Assembly: GCA_965214605.1 (NCBI GenBank)
Contig: OZ243961.1
Span: 3,168,001 to 3,232,000, forward strand
DNA from: an uncultured Candidatus Binatia bacterium
GTDB lineage: Bacteria; Desulfobacterota; Binatia; Bin18
Reading direction: 5' to 3'
Length of the DNA stretch: 64,000 nucleotides
Positions 29,345-38,676 of this stretch are shown one piece after another. Positions within the stretch are counted from its first letter, which is position 1. Each line of letters begins with the position of its first letter. The notes under the pieces are model-generated. The model had not been told where the DNA came from and ran no database searches. It saw only the letters and a list, made by a program, of their open reading frames with translations. Made by a program: the position numbers and the translations under genes.

Positions 29345-30337
29345 TTGAGGTCTCCTGTAACAAAGCATGAGTTCGGCCATATTGTGAAGCGCAACGAATT
29401 TTTTCAGAAACTCGATCAAGTAAGAGTCTGGCGAGGGGGCCAACGGCGTGCGCCGCACAAGCCGTTGCTGATCCTGCTCGCGCTTGGCCGGATCGCTCGG
29501 GGAGAAGATCGCTTGGCTCGCTACGAACAGGATATTGAGCCTCCCCTGAAGGAGCTACTCAAGCGTTTCGGACCGCCCCGCGAAGCAATTCATCCTGAGC
29601 CCCCGTTCAGCCGTCTCCACAAAGACGGGCTGTGGGAAATTCCGGGCAGAGAATCGCTGCCCGCCTCAAAATCGGGAGATTTGCTCCGGAGTGGGCTCAT
29701 CAAACATGCTGTGACGGGAGGTTTCCCCAAGTCAATCTACAAACTGCTCCGCTCCGATCCCGACCTAGTGCAGCGGGCCGCCCAAGCCCTCCTCTACGCA
29801 CACTTTCCCTATTCACTGCACGAAGACATCCGTACCGTAATCGGGCTCCCGGCTGAGTTTCTGGTCAAGGACTCCCCAGGCCTTCCTTATGGCCTCGCGA
29901 CACCGCGCGTTCCCACTCCTGGGCGTGACCCGACCTTTCGTCAGAATGTCCTTGACGCGTATAAGAACCGTTGTGCCGTGTGTGGATTTGATCTACGCCT
30001 GGAAGGCGAATTCCTCTTGGAGGCCGCGCATATCAAGTGGCATTCGGCCGGCGGCCCGAGTGAGGTTCCGAACGGCTTGGCCTTATGCAGTATTCATCAT
30101 AAAGCGCTGGATCGGGGCGCGCTTGGCCTGGCTCCGGCTACCGGGGGCTTCACAATCCTCATTTCGGCCAAAGTCAACGATGAAAACGCTGCGACCCGTT
30201 GGTTCTGGGATTGCCACGGCACCTCCCTCCGCCCTCCTCATAGCAGTGAGTTCAACCCGAGAGCCGAGTTCGTAGAGTGGCACGAACGCGAGGTCTTTCG
30301 CCGCCCACCTCGAGACTCGCCGAGTCGGCCGGCTTAG
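29345..30337 (+). CDS. SBD-HNH putative phosphorothioate/modification-dependent restriction endonuclease
   Basis: 'RAPHKPLLILLAL', 'PF.RL..DGLW', HNH 'RD..FR..VL.AY..RCAVCG', 'LEAAHIKW', 'NGLALCSIHHKALDRG'; start may be GTG 29384. Confidence 0.85.
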   Translation: MRSPVTKHEFGHIVKRNEFFQKLDQVRVWRGGQRRAPHKPLLILLALGRIARGEDRLARYEQDIEPPLKELLKRFGPPREAIHPEPPFSRLHKDGLWEIPGRESLPASKSGDLLRSGLIKHAVTGGFPKSIYKLLRSDPDLVQRAAQALLYAHFPYSLHEDIRTVIGLPAEFLVKDSPGLPYGLATPRVPTPGRDPTFRQNVLDAYKNRCAVCGFDLRLEGEFLLEAAHIKWHSAGGPSEVPNGLALCSIHHKALDRGALGLAPATGGFTILISAKVNDENAATRWFWDCHGTSLRPPHSSEFNPRAEFVEWHEREVFRRPPRDSPSRPA

Positions 30338-30399
30338 AGTCGTATGCGTGTATTACAGATGACGGCGGTCTTGGCCAGCGATCCTCTACGTATAGCGGA

Positions 30400-30428
30400 T
30401 TGACAGTTTTCCTTTCGAGCGTCATGCT
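30400..30428 (+). promoter_or_regulatory. Putative sigma70 promoter of TauD-family gene
   Basis: TTGACA-17nt-CATGCT. Confidence 0.5.
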
Positions 30429-30521
30429 GGACCACTTCAAGAAATCTTGACCCACAACATGGGTGAGCACCGCCCCTGTCGAGGACCGGCTCACTCGGAG
30501 AGCGTTTGAGGAAGCAGACAG

Positions 30522-31376
30522 ATGACGGATTTTCATATTGAGCCTCTTGATGCGAGCTTTGGAGCGACCGTGACCGGACTAAAGCTTGCCGACATTGACG
30601 AGACCTCCTTCAGCCGGCTCTACGACGCCTGGCTTGAGTACGCGCTGCTCATTTTCCCGGACCAGCATCTCTCGAATGAACAGCAGGTGGAGTTTGCCAC
30701 CCGATTTGGTGAGCTGGAATTTGATCTGCTGGCAATTAGCAACGTGAAAAAGGATGGCAACGTTCGGGTTGAAGACGATGACGACACCGTCATTCAAGTG
30801 CTCAAGGGCAACATGGGCTGGCACTGTGACAGCACCTATATGCCCGTTCAGGCCAAAGGAGCGGTGTTTACGGCACATGTTGTGCCGTCGTCTCGTGGAG
30901 AAACCGGCTGGGCTGATTTACGAGCGGGATATGAGGCCCTTGACAAAGCCATGAAAGAGAAAATTGCCGATCTGTCAGCTTACCACTCCCTGCGATATTC
31001 ACAGAAAAAGGCCGGCTTTACGCCCAAAGCGGGGGGCGACTATAACGGCTATGGTTTAAATGTGCAGGACCCGCCGCTCAGACCCCTCGTTAAAACGCAT
31101 CCCGAGACCGGGCGGAAATCCCTACTGATTGGCCGCCATGCCTACGGCATTCCTGGCCTGGATCCGGCCGAGTCCGAACAATTACTCCGGACATTAGTGG
31201 ACCATACCTGCCAGGCCCCCCGCGTCTATCACCACAGATGGACAGTAGGAGACGCAGTCGTGTGGGATAACCGCCGCCTACTGCACCGGTCCTGCCCGTG
31301 GGATATGCGAGAGGCGCGGGTGATGTACCACGCGAGAGTAGCCGGAGACCCGGTATCTGAATTTGCGGCAGGCTAG
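30522..31376 (+). CDS. TauD/TfdA-family Fe(II)/2-oxoglutarate dioxygenase
   Basis: 'WHCDSTY' HxD, 'PLVKTHPETGRK', 'WDNRRLLHR'. Confidence 0.93.
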   Translation: MTDFHIEPLDASFGATVTGLKLADIDETSFSRLYDAWLEYALLIFPDQHLSNEQQVEFATRFGELEFDLLAISNVKKDGNVRVEDDDDTVIQVLKGNMGWHCDSTYMPVQAKGAVFTAHVVPSSRGETGWADLRAGYEALDKAMKEKIADLSAYHSLRYSQKKAGFTPKAGGDYNGYGLNVQDPPLRPLVKTHPETGRKSLLIGRHAYGIPGLDPAESEQLLRTLVDHTCQAPRVYHHRWTVGDAVVWDNRRLLHRSCPWDMREARVMYHARVAGDPVSEFAAG

Positions 31377-31501
31377 TTGGCGGTGGATAGACCGCACAGC
31401 GTAGCTGTGGTGGGACTCGTTGCTCTGAGACGCGGCGCGCTCCCGCAGCGAACTCGGACGGTGAGGCCCGTTGCGCTCTGCTCGGGGAAGACGGGGATCG
31501 C

Positions 31502-32539
31502 CTAGCGGCAGTGCGGTATGACCTCTTGAGCAAACAACTCCATCGAGCGTCTGACGATGGTCGGCTCGACTAGCCCACCCTGGTTGAAGTAGCCGATGAA
31601 TTCGTCCATGTGAAATTCTTCCTGTAGAGCTTTGATGCGCGTAATACAGTGGGCCGGGTCGCCGAACACGCCCATGCGTTTATCCACCCCGTCGTAGTTG
31701 ACCCGTTCAAGCCGCTTGAGGACTTGCTGAAATGCCTCAAAACTCTTGACCGGAGCCGTGCTCAGGGGCTTGAGGCGCTCGCCCGCAGCCTCAAAGAAGT
31801 GCATCAGGCTGGCTTCACACTCTTGGCGCGCCTGCTCTCGGCTGTCCGACACATGGACCGGAAACATCAGGGCAACGTCTTGGCGTACGTCGGACCGGAG
31901 CGCCTCCCGATGGACCCCTAAGTACTCGCGCAGTTTATCCGGCGGGTTGATCAGCGGTGAGGCAAAAATGGGCGTGCCCAGCCGCCCGGCAATGCTGAAG
32001 GTGTCTGGGCTGTTGGCGGCTAAACGAATCGGGGGATGCGGCTTCTGGAGCGGCTTTGGTACAACCGACAGGTCTTCGGTCTGGTAGTAACGGCCTTGAT
32101 ACGAAAACGATTCCTGGGTCCAGGCTTTGAGCATGACGTCAAGCGCTTCTTCAAAGCGCTCGCGGCTCTCTTCCTGAGGCACGTTATAGCCTAGGTAATG
32201 GATCGGCGCGGTGCCTCTGCCCACGCCGAGTTCGAGCCGTCCGCCGCTTAGTACGTCTGCCGTGGCCGCCTCTTCGGCGATTTTGATCGGATTGTGTAAG
32301 GGCAGCAGGGTCACCGCCGTGCCGAGACGAATCCGTTGGGTGCGCTGAGCAGCGGCGGCCAGGATCATCAATGGCGAGGCCGAAATAGACGAGCGCCGCC
32401 CAAAGTGCAGCTCTCCCAACCATACCGTGTCAAAACCGACCCGGTCGCCCACCTCAATCTGAGTCAGGATGTCCTGAAAGCGGTGCTGCTCGGACTGTGT
32501 GTCATCACACGGCAGTTGATCAAAAAATCCAAAACGCAT
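31502..32539 (-). CDS. LLM-class flavin-dependent oxidoreductase
   Basis: 'GFDTVWLGELHF', 'IRLGTAV..LPLHNP', 'SGGRLELGVGRG', 'PKPLQKPHPP'. Confidence 0.92.
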   Translation of the reverse strand: MRFGFFDQLPCDDTQSEQHRFQDILTQIEVGDRVGFDTVWLGELHFGRRSSISASPLMILAAAAQRTQRIRLGTAVTLLPLHNPIKIAEEAATADVLSGGRLELGVGRGTAPIHYLGYNVPQEESRERFEEALDVMLKAWTQESFSYQGRYYQTEDLSVVPKPLQKPHPPIRLAANSPDTFSIAGRLGTPIFASPLINPPDKLREYLGVHREALRSDVRQDVALMFPVHVSDSREQARQECEASLMHFFEAAGERLKPLSTAPVKSFEAFQQVLKRLERVNYDGVDKRMGVFGDPAHCITRIKALQEEFHMDEFIGYFNQGGLVEPTIVRRSMELFAQEVIPHCR

Positions 32540-32581
32540 ACCCCCTCCTTTTTGAGAGCCACAACGCTGCCGTCCGTAGTC

Positions 32582-33760
32582 CTAGGCCGGAATGGTCACG
32601 GGTTTCACTCCCTGCTCCAGGCTGCCTTTGCCCGATACAAAATCGTGCAGATGTTGGAGACCGGTCAAAAAGCGGGCCAGATTCTGCGGCGCAGGAACGA
32701 GCGGTACCATGCTCAAGGCGTACAGCGCCTTGTAGAAACTCTCGCGTTGTTGCCAGTTCTGGTTCATGTCGCAGATCGGCCGCGCCCAGGGAGCGGTTTT
32801 AAGCAGCCGCATCAGCTGTTGCAACAGGACTCTGTCGCCAAGGGCCTGGAGCTGGCGGTCTTCGGTGTGGATGGTGAAGCGAAAGGCCGGACCGGTGCAC
32901 GGGTCGTCGTGCTCGGGCACGACCGAGAACAGCCCGAGCCGCAGGGCTGACAACTCGGCCGACAACCAGCTGGTGAACTTGGCAATATCAATGGCAAAAT
33001 CGCCCCTGCCAATCCCCAACGGGGCGAGGGGGTCGATCAGGACAAGCTGTGGGCGGGGCTGGCCGATGCTCGGCCCATAGACCAGGATATTATCCGGATA
33101 CAGATCGCCGTGGACCTTGCGGACGATCTGGGGGCGGAGTTGTCGGCCGAGGGAGGCGTTGGCCTTGAGGGCCTCCAAGAGGAGAAAAATATTGGCCAGG
33201 GGCGTGCCGTTTATGGTGACGCGAGGTGCGGTCATGAGCCGAGAAAACGCCGGGAGATCGGACAGTCGGTAGGCGTAATTCTCAAGCAGGCCAATGAGCT
33301 TATCTGGGTAGGCGGCGGTTTCTTCGGGGTAGGTGACCGAAAAAATCTCATCGAACATTATCTCCAGGACGTGGCTGATCAGCGCCAGCTCTTGCCCGCG
33401 GTCGAGCTGGTGGCTGAGGATGAGGTCGGACAACACCGCCCAACCCTCGCCAAAATACGGCATGTCATAAAAAACCGGATGTCCGTTCTCGGTGTGTTTA
33501 CAGCTGCGCAAGACCTGCGGGAAATAGTGATGCACCGCAGGCGGGACGTCTTCGAGCCAGGCGATCTCTGCCGGCAGGCTGCCGCTGATCTCGGGCTTGG
33601 TCTGTTTGCGGACGATTGTTCCCCACCGCTCGTCGGTCAATAAAAACAGACGCTCGCTGTATCCCTCGCGCAACAGTTGCACACCCCCCTCCAAGGTCCG
33701 GTCAGATACCGAAAAGGTGAACGCTGATGGCCGCCTCATCAAGAAGACCCCATCGTCCAC
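32582..33760 (-). CDS. Aminoglycoside/choline-kinase-like phosphotransferase
   Basis: 'VRK' ATP-binding Lys, 'HGDLYPDNIL', 'LIDP', 'DIAKF'. Confidence 0.8.
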   Translation of the reverse strand: MDDGVFLMRRPSAFTFSVSDRTLEGGVQLLREGYSERLFLLTDERWGTIVRKQTKPEISGSLPAEIAWLEDVPPAVHHYFPQVLRSCKHTENGHPVFYDMPYFGEGWAVLSDLILSHQLDRGQELALISHVLEIMFDEIFSVTYPEETAAYPDKLIGLLENYAYRLSDLPAFSRLMTAPRVTINGTPLANIFLLLEALKANASLGRQLRPQIVRKVHGDLYPDNILVYGPSIGQPRPQLVLIDPLAPLGIGRGDFAIDIAKFTSWLSAELSALRLGLFSVVPEHDDPCTGPAFRFTIHTEDRQLQALGDRVLLQQLMRLLKTAPWARPICDMNQNWQQRESFYKALYALSMVPLVPAPQNLARFLTGLQHLHDFVSGKGSLEQGVKPVTIPA

Positions 33761-33877
33761 CTTCTCCGGCCAGTCCTATTCCTGTTTGGTGTGGACTGTC
33801 AAGACAAGCCCCCCAGAGGGTTGGGCGTAAAAAGCGCCCGCGCTTTCCTCTTGAGATGCGGGCCTCCAGACAGCGCG

Positions 33878-34510
33878 CTAGGCCTTGGCGCTCGGCCGAG
33901 ACGATACCGCCTCATACCAGCGCTTGATATTGGCGTGCTCGGCCGGGATTTCCAGCTTCAGCATCTTGGTGGTCACATCCATCACACACAGTGCCGTGAT
34001 ATCGGCAATCGTGTACTTGCTGCCGGCCACGTACTCAGTTTCGGCCAGCCGTTGCTCAAGACGATCGTAGAAGCGCTTGACGCCGGCCGTCCCGCGCTCG
34101 ACCAACTCGGGGATTGCGGCCACGTTGCTGAGGCCGGGTAAACCGCGCTTTTTAAACGGCGGGAAGGAGTTGCGCAGCGTCTCGCCGGCAGAGGCGAGTC
34201 CGTCAAATTCCACATGGCGCTGCCATGACTCAACCACGGCTTTGTTCAGACCCGGCTCGCCCATCAGATTTGGCTCAGGCTGGATTTCTTCGATATAGCG
34301 GCAGATCGCAACCGTCTCATCCAACAGCGTCCCGTCGTCGAGTTCAAGGACGGGCAGCAGACCACGCGGGTTGATCTTGAGGTAGTCGGGCTTGAGGTTT
34401 TCGCCGTCAATAATGCTGACCTCGACCTTGGGAATGTCGAGGCCCTTTTCGGCTAAAAAGATCCGAACCCGGCGCGGATTGGGCGCCATCTGACAATCGT
34501 ACAACTTCAT
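33878..34510 (-). CDS. Glutathione S-transferase family protein
   Basis: 'APNPRRVRIFLAEKG', 'NPRGLLPVLELDDG', 'TIADI'. Confidence 0.92.
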   Translation of the reverse strand: MKLYDCQMAPNPRRVRIFLAEKGLDIPKVEVSIIDGENLKPDYLKINPRGLLPVLELDDGTLLDETVAICRYIEEIQPEPNLMGEPGLNKAVVESWQRHVEFDGLASAGETLRNSFPPFKKRGLPGLSNVAAIPELVERGTAGVKRFYDRLEQRLAETEYVAGSKYTIADITALCVMDVTTKMLKLEIPAEHANIKRWYEAVSSRPSAKA

Positions 34511-34641
34511 ACTGACCTCCTGATACAGAGATTAGCCCGGCACTCTAGCAGTCGTAGAGCGGCATGCAAGTCTCCCGGTGTTGGCCTTTGCCGGCCGATG
34601 GGCTAGCCTACGGAATCAACTTTTGTTTTGAGAGGCGACTT

Positions 34642-35454
34642 ATGGAATACAAAGACATCCACGTTGAGGTTCACGACGCCGTTGCCACCGTTACGCTCAA
34701 CCGTCCCCAAAAACTCAACGCCTACACCAATCTGATGGGTGATGAGCTGACCCATGCCTATGAGTCTCTTGGCAAACGCGGCGATGTGCGGGTGATTATG
34801 ATGACCGGCGCGGGCCGCGGTTTCTGTGCCGGGGCGGATGTTGGTGGGGTGTTTCAGAAAGGCATTGAGGGGCGGGAGCAGGACGGCGCGGCCGAGGCAG
34901 CCCGAGGTGGGGCGATTGCCCACCCCCGCTCCGGCCTTCAGTATGCGATCCGCAACTGTCCCAAGCCGACACTGGCCGTCATTAACGGCGCAGCGGTCGG
35001 TATCGGTCTCACTCTAACCCTGATCCAGGACATCCGCATCATGGCTCAAGAGGCCAGCCTCGGGGCGATTTTTGCCAAAATGGGACTGATGCCCGAGCTG
35101 GGCTCGACCTTTATGCTTCCCCGTCTGATCGGCCTGTCCAAAGCGCTGGAACTGGTCTACACGGCGCGTATGGTCAAAGCCGAGGAAGCGCTTGCTATGG
35201 GTTTGGTTAACCGCGTCGTGCCGACTGAGGATTTAATGGCAGCGGCACGGGAGATGGCCGCTCAGCTGGTATCCCTGCCGCCACTGGCCTTAGCCGTTTC
35301 CAAACGAGCCCTGCAGCAGGGGGCCGAAAATGACTTTGACGCCGCGGTCCAGACCGAGACCTTTGGGCTCGAATACTTGTTCAAGACCCAGGACCATAAA
35401 GAGGCGGTTGCGGCTTTTTTGGAAAAACGGGAGCCCACCTTTCAGGGCAAATAA
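34642..35454 (+). CDS. Enoyl-CoA hydratase/isomerase family protein
   Basis: 'LNRPQKLNA', 'GFCAGAD', 'KPTLAVINGAAVGIG', 'AFLEKREPTFQG'; start at ATG 34642. Confidence 0.92.
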   Translation: MEYKDIHVEVHDAVATVTLNRPQKLNAYTNLMGDELTHAYESLGKRGDVRVIMMTGAGRGFCAGADVGGVFQKGIEGREQDGAAEAARGGAIAHPRSGLQYAIRNCPKPTLAVINGAAVGIGLTLTLIQDIRIMAQEASLGAIFAKMGLMPELGSTFMLPRLIGLSKALELVYTARMVKAEEALAMGLVNRVVPTEDLMAAAREMAAQLVSLPPLALAVSKRALQQGAENDFDAAVQTETFGLEYLFKTQDHKEAVAAFLEKREPTFQGK

Positions 35455-35463
35455 CGCCCGCCC

Positions 35464-36267
35464 CTACAGTCCGAGCACGTCCTTCATCGTGTACAGGCCC
35501 GCGGCCTGATTCGGCAGCCAGGCCGCGGCCCGCAGCGCGCCCCGGGCCAAACACTCCCGGCTCTGGGAGCGGTGAATCAGCTCTAGCCGCTCGCCAAAGC
35601 CGGCAAACAGCACGGTATGATCTCCGACCACATCTCCCCCGCGTAACGCCTGCACGCCGATTTCCTCATCGGTGCGTTGACCGGTGATGCCGTGTCGGCT
35701 GAAACGCCCCTGCTGGTCAAAATCCTTGCCCTGAGCCTCGGCAATCGCCCGGCCAAGGGCCAGGGCCGTTCCGCTCGGTGCATCGATTTTATAGCGGTGA
35801 TGGATCTCGATGACCTCAGGATCAAAACCGTCCTGCAGGATACGTGCCGCGTCTGAGACGAGCTTGAGCAAGACGTTGACCCCCACACTCATATTTGGCG
35901 CGATAATCGTCCGCGTCCGGGGGCCTAGCTGCTCGGCTTCGACGCGTTGGTCGGCCGACAGACCGGTGGTCCCAATGGCAATCGCCGCGCCACTAGCGGC
36001 GGCGGTCCGCAAATGGTCCAGGGCGGCATCGGCAACGGTGAAGTCTAAGGCCACCGTGTCCGCTTGGGCGACCGCCGCGTAATCGTCCACAACACTGACG
36101 CCAAGCCTCCCCACCCCGGCCACTTCTCCGGCATCGGTACCGACTGCCGGGTGGCCGGCCTCCTCAACCGCGCCCACGAGCCGCAATTCGGCATGATCAT
36201 AGATCAGGCTGACCAGCAGCCTGCCCATGCGCCCGGCTGCCCCGCAGACAACGACATTTCCCGCCAT
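35464..36267 (-). CDS. dapB: 4-hydroxy-tetrahydrodipicolinate reductase
   Basis: 'GAAGRMG', 'GTTG', 'APNMSVG', 'EIHHRYKIDAPSGTA'. Confidence 0.96.
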   Translation of the reverse strand: MAGNVVVCGAAGRMGRLLVSLIYDHAELRLVGAVEEAGHPAVGTDAGEVAGVGRLGVSVVDDYAAVAQADTVALDFTVADAALDHLRTAAASGAAIAIGTTGLSADQRVEAEQLGPRTRTIIAPNMSVGVNVLLKLVSDAARILQDGFDPEVIEIHHRYKIDAPSGTALALGRAIAEAQGKDFDQQGRFSRHGITGQRTDEEIGVQALRGGDVVGDHTVLFAGFGERLELIHRSQSRECLARGALRAAAWLPNQAAGLYTMKDVLGL

Positions 36268-36279
36268 GCGCGTGTCCCC

Positions 36280-37158
36280 CTAATTCAGACAGCCGGCGTC
36301 TTTGAGCGCGGCGGTCAGCTTGGCCAGGTTCCCCTCGGCCATGGGCACGAGGGGCAGGCGCAGCTCCCGTTCGCACTTGCCCATCAGGGCCAGGGCCGTT
36401 TTGATCGGAATGGGGTTGGTTTCGAGAAAGACGGCCCGGATGAGCGGCACCAGTTTGAGTTGGAGGGCTGAGGCCGTGTCCCAGTCCTTGGCCAGGCCGG
36501 CGTTAACCACCGCGGCCATTTGCTCGGGAGCAACATTGGCAACCGTACTAATCACGCCTTTTCCGCCCAGCGCCATCATGGAGAAGGTCAGCGCGTCTTC
36601 GCCGGACAGCACGGCGAGCTTTTCTCCACACGCGAGCCGAATATTGATGACTTGGTCGATTGATCCGGTGGCTTCTTTGACCCCGACGATATTGCCAAGC
36701 TCGGCCATACGGGCCATGGTTGCAGGCTCGATATTTGAGCCCGTGCGGCCCGGAATATTATAGAAAATGATCGGAAAGCCGAGCACGGCCTGGGCGACTT
36801 CTCTATAGTGCTGATAAATCCCTTCCTGGGTGGGTCGGTTATAGTAGGGCGAGATCATGAGAGCCCCGTCGGCCCCAGCCTCCTGGGCTTCGCGGGTCAG
36901 ACGAATCGCCTCGGCGGTGGAGTTGGAACCCGTGCCGGCAATAACCGGCACCCGTTTGTTGACGACGTCGACCGTTAGTTTGACCACCTGGGTATGTTCT
37001 TCGTGCGACAGGGTGGCCGATTCGCCGGTTGTGCCGCACGGCACAATACCGTGTGTCCCGCTCTTGATCTGCCATTCAATCATGTCGGCCAGCGCCTGTT
37101 CGTCAACCCGACCGTTCTTGAAGGGCGTAACCTGTGCAACAAATGAGCCCGCAAACAT
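36280..37158 (-). CDS. dapA: 4-hydroxy-tetrahydrodipicolinate synthase
   Basis: 'GTTGES', 'PYYNRP', 'YNIPGRTG', 'GVKEA', 'ETNPIP'. Confidence 0.96.
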   Translation of the reverse strand: MFAGSFVAQVTPFKNGRVDEQALADMIEWQIKSGTHGIVPCGTTGESATLSHEEHTQVVKLTVDVVNKRVPVIAGTGSNSTAEAIRLTREAQEAGADGALMISPYYNRPTQEGIYQHYREVAQAVLGFPIIFYNIPGRTGSNIEPATMARMAELGNIVGVKEATGSIDQVINIRLACGEKLAVLSGEDALTFSMMALGGKGVISTVANVAPEQMAAVVNAGLAKDWDTASALQLKLVPLIRAVFLETNPIPIKTALALMGKCERELRLPLVPMAEGNLAKLTAALKDAGCLN

Positions 37159-37231
37159 AAAGCCTCCGGATAGTAATGGGGAACGATTGGTGAACGCGGT
37201 TACCTAAAAGCGTACAAGACTTCCGTGGATC

Positions 37232-38068
37232 CTAAACCTCGATCGTGCCTTCAAACACTTCTTCGGCGGTGCCGGTCATATAGACGTGTTGATCGTCTGC
37301 CCGCCATTCAACTTCCAGCTCTCCTCCACGGAGATGGACGGTGAGGCGCCGCTCGGCCCGGTTGGTGAGCATGGCGGCGACAGCGGCCGCGCAGGCACCG
37401 GTGCCGCACGCCCAGGTCTCTCCAGACCCGCGCTCCCAGACCCGCATGTTCAACTCGGTGGGACTGATGATGTGGATAAATTCGGTATTGATCCGGTCGG
37501 GAAAGAGCGGATGATGCTCGAACTTGGGTCCGATCGTTTCCAATGCCAAGGGCTCGACATCCTCAACAAAGGTCACACAGTGGGGATTGCCCATGGACAC
37601 ACAGGTGACCTGGTACGAGACCCCGTCAACCGTCAAGGGCTGATCGATCATCTGGCCGGGGCTAGCCAGCGGAATCTGGCGACCGTCCAGAATCGGCTCT
37701 CCCATATCGACCGTCACTCGGGCGACCGTGTTGTCTTCAAGCTCCAGAAAGAGGACTTTGAGCCCGGAGTCGGTATCGATATGCAGGGGATTATCGTGTG
37801 ACAGGCCGTGGTCGTAGACATATTTGCCCACACACCGAATTCCGTTACCGCACATAGACCCCCGACTCCCGTCGGCGTTGTACATCTCCATGCGGGCGTG
37901 GGCGGTAGGGGAGGGACAGATGAGGATGAGCCCATCGCCCCCAATGCCGGTCCGCCGGTCGCTCAGGCGTTGGGCAAGGGCTGCCGGATCGGCGACCTCG
38001 GTCGAGAACGTATTCACATACACATAATCGTTACTGATTCCGTGCATCTTGGTAAAAGGCAGTCTCAT
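37232..38068 (-). CDS. dapF: Diaminopimelate epimerase
   Basis: 'FTKMHG..ND', 'NADGS..MCGNG', 'GNPH', 'ERGSGET.ACGTG'; start at ATG 38068. Confidence 0.96.
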   Translation of the reverse strand: MRLPFTKMHGISNDYVYVNTFSTEVADPAALAQRLSDRRTGIGGDGLILICPSPTAHARMEMYNADGSRGSMCGNGIRCVGKYVYDHGLSHDNPLHIDTDSGLKVLFLELEDNTVARVTVDMGEPILDGRQIPLASPGQMIDQPLTVDGVSYQVTCVSMGNPHCVTFVEDVEPLALETIGPKFEHHPLFPDRINTEFIHIISPTELNMRVWERGSGETWACGTGACAAAVAAMLTNRAERRLTVHLRGGELEVEWRADDQHVYMTGTAEEVFEGTIEV

Positions 38069-38154
38069 CGCAGGGCTCCCCAATTGAGTTCCCTTTGCAC
38101 CCGAGGGGTTCGCTCCGTCAAGCCGGTTCTCAGCAGCACTCAGACTCAGGCGTA

Positions 38155-38673
38155 TCACGACCCTACCTGCCAGACGTGCTGGACCATGTTCGAGGGGATA
38201 CTATAGTCCCCGTCTAATGTAAACGCCTGGATGCGGTACTGATAGCGGGTCCCTGCCTTGAGCTGCTTGTCGGTAAAACGGAAGCGTTGTGTCTGGCGAA
38301 AACGGGTCCCGTCTTCGACCGAAATAGTGGCCAGCGGACTGAACTCACCGAGGCGCCCGTCTTTGGGCTGGACCGCACGCAGTACCACAAAGCCGCCGAG
38401 GTCGTCTATTGAGCGGCCGTCGGCATAGGTCTCGGGCCGGCCCCAGCGCAGCTCAATGCCGCTATCGCCGACCGTCAGCCTCAGGTCTTCGATGGCCCGA
38501 GGGACCACAAACTCGGGCGGATAGATCGGGGCCTTGTGTCCGCACGCGGCGACGAGGCACCCGGTCAGCACCCAGACGCTGCGGCTGAGAATGCCGCGCC
38601 GAGTGATCTGCAATGAGGGCAGCGCCGGCCTCGCCTCTGCTGCCAAAATGGCGACTGCAGAACGAACCGTCAC
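38155..38673 (-). CDS. Lipoprotein with FN3-like domain (LppL/LptM-like N-terminus)
   Basis: Lipobox 'VAACGHKAPIYPP'; FN3-like 'LRW..P', 'FTDK.L..GTRYQYRIQA'; start uncertain. Confidence 0.75.
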   Translation of the reverse strand: MTVRSAVAILAAEARPALPSLQITRRGILSRSVWVLTGCLVAACGHKAPIYPPEFVVPRAIEDLRLTVGDSGIELRWGRPETYADGRSIDDLGGFVVLRAVQPKDGRLGEFSPLATISVEDGTRFRQTQRFRFTDKQLKAGTRYQYRIQAFTLDGDYSIPSNMVQHVWQVGS

Positions 38674-38676
38674 CTG

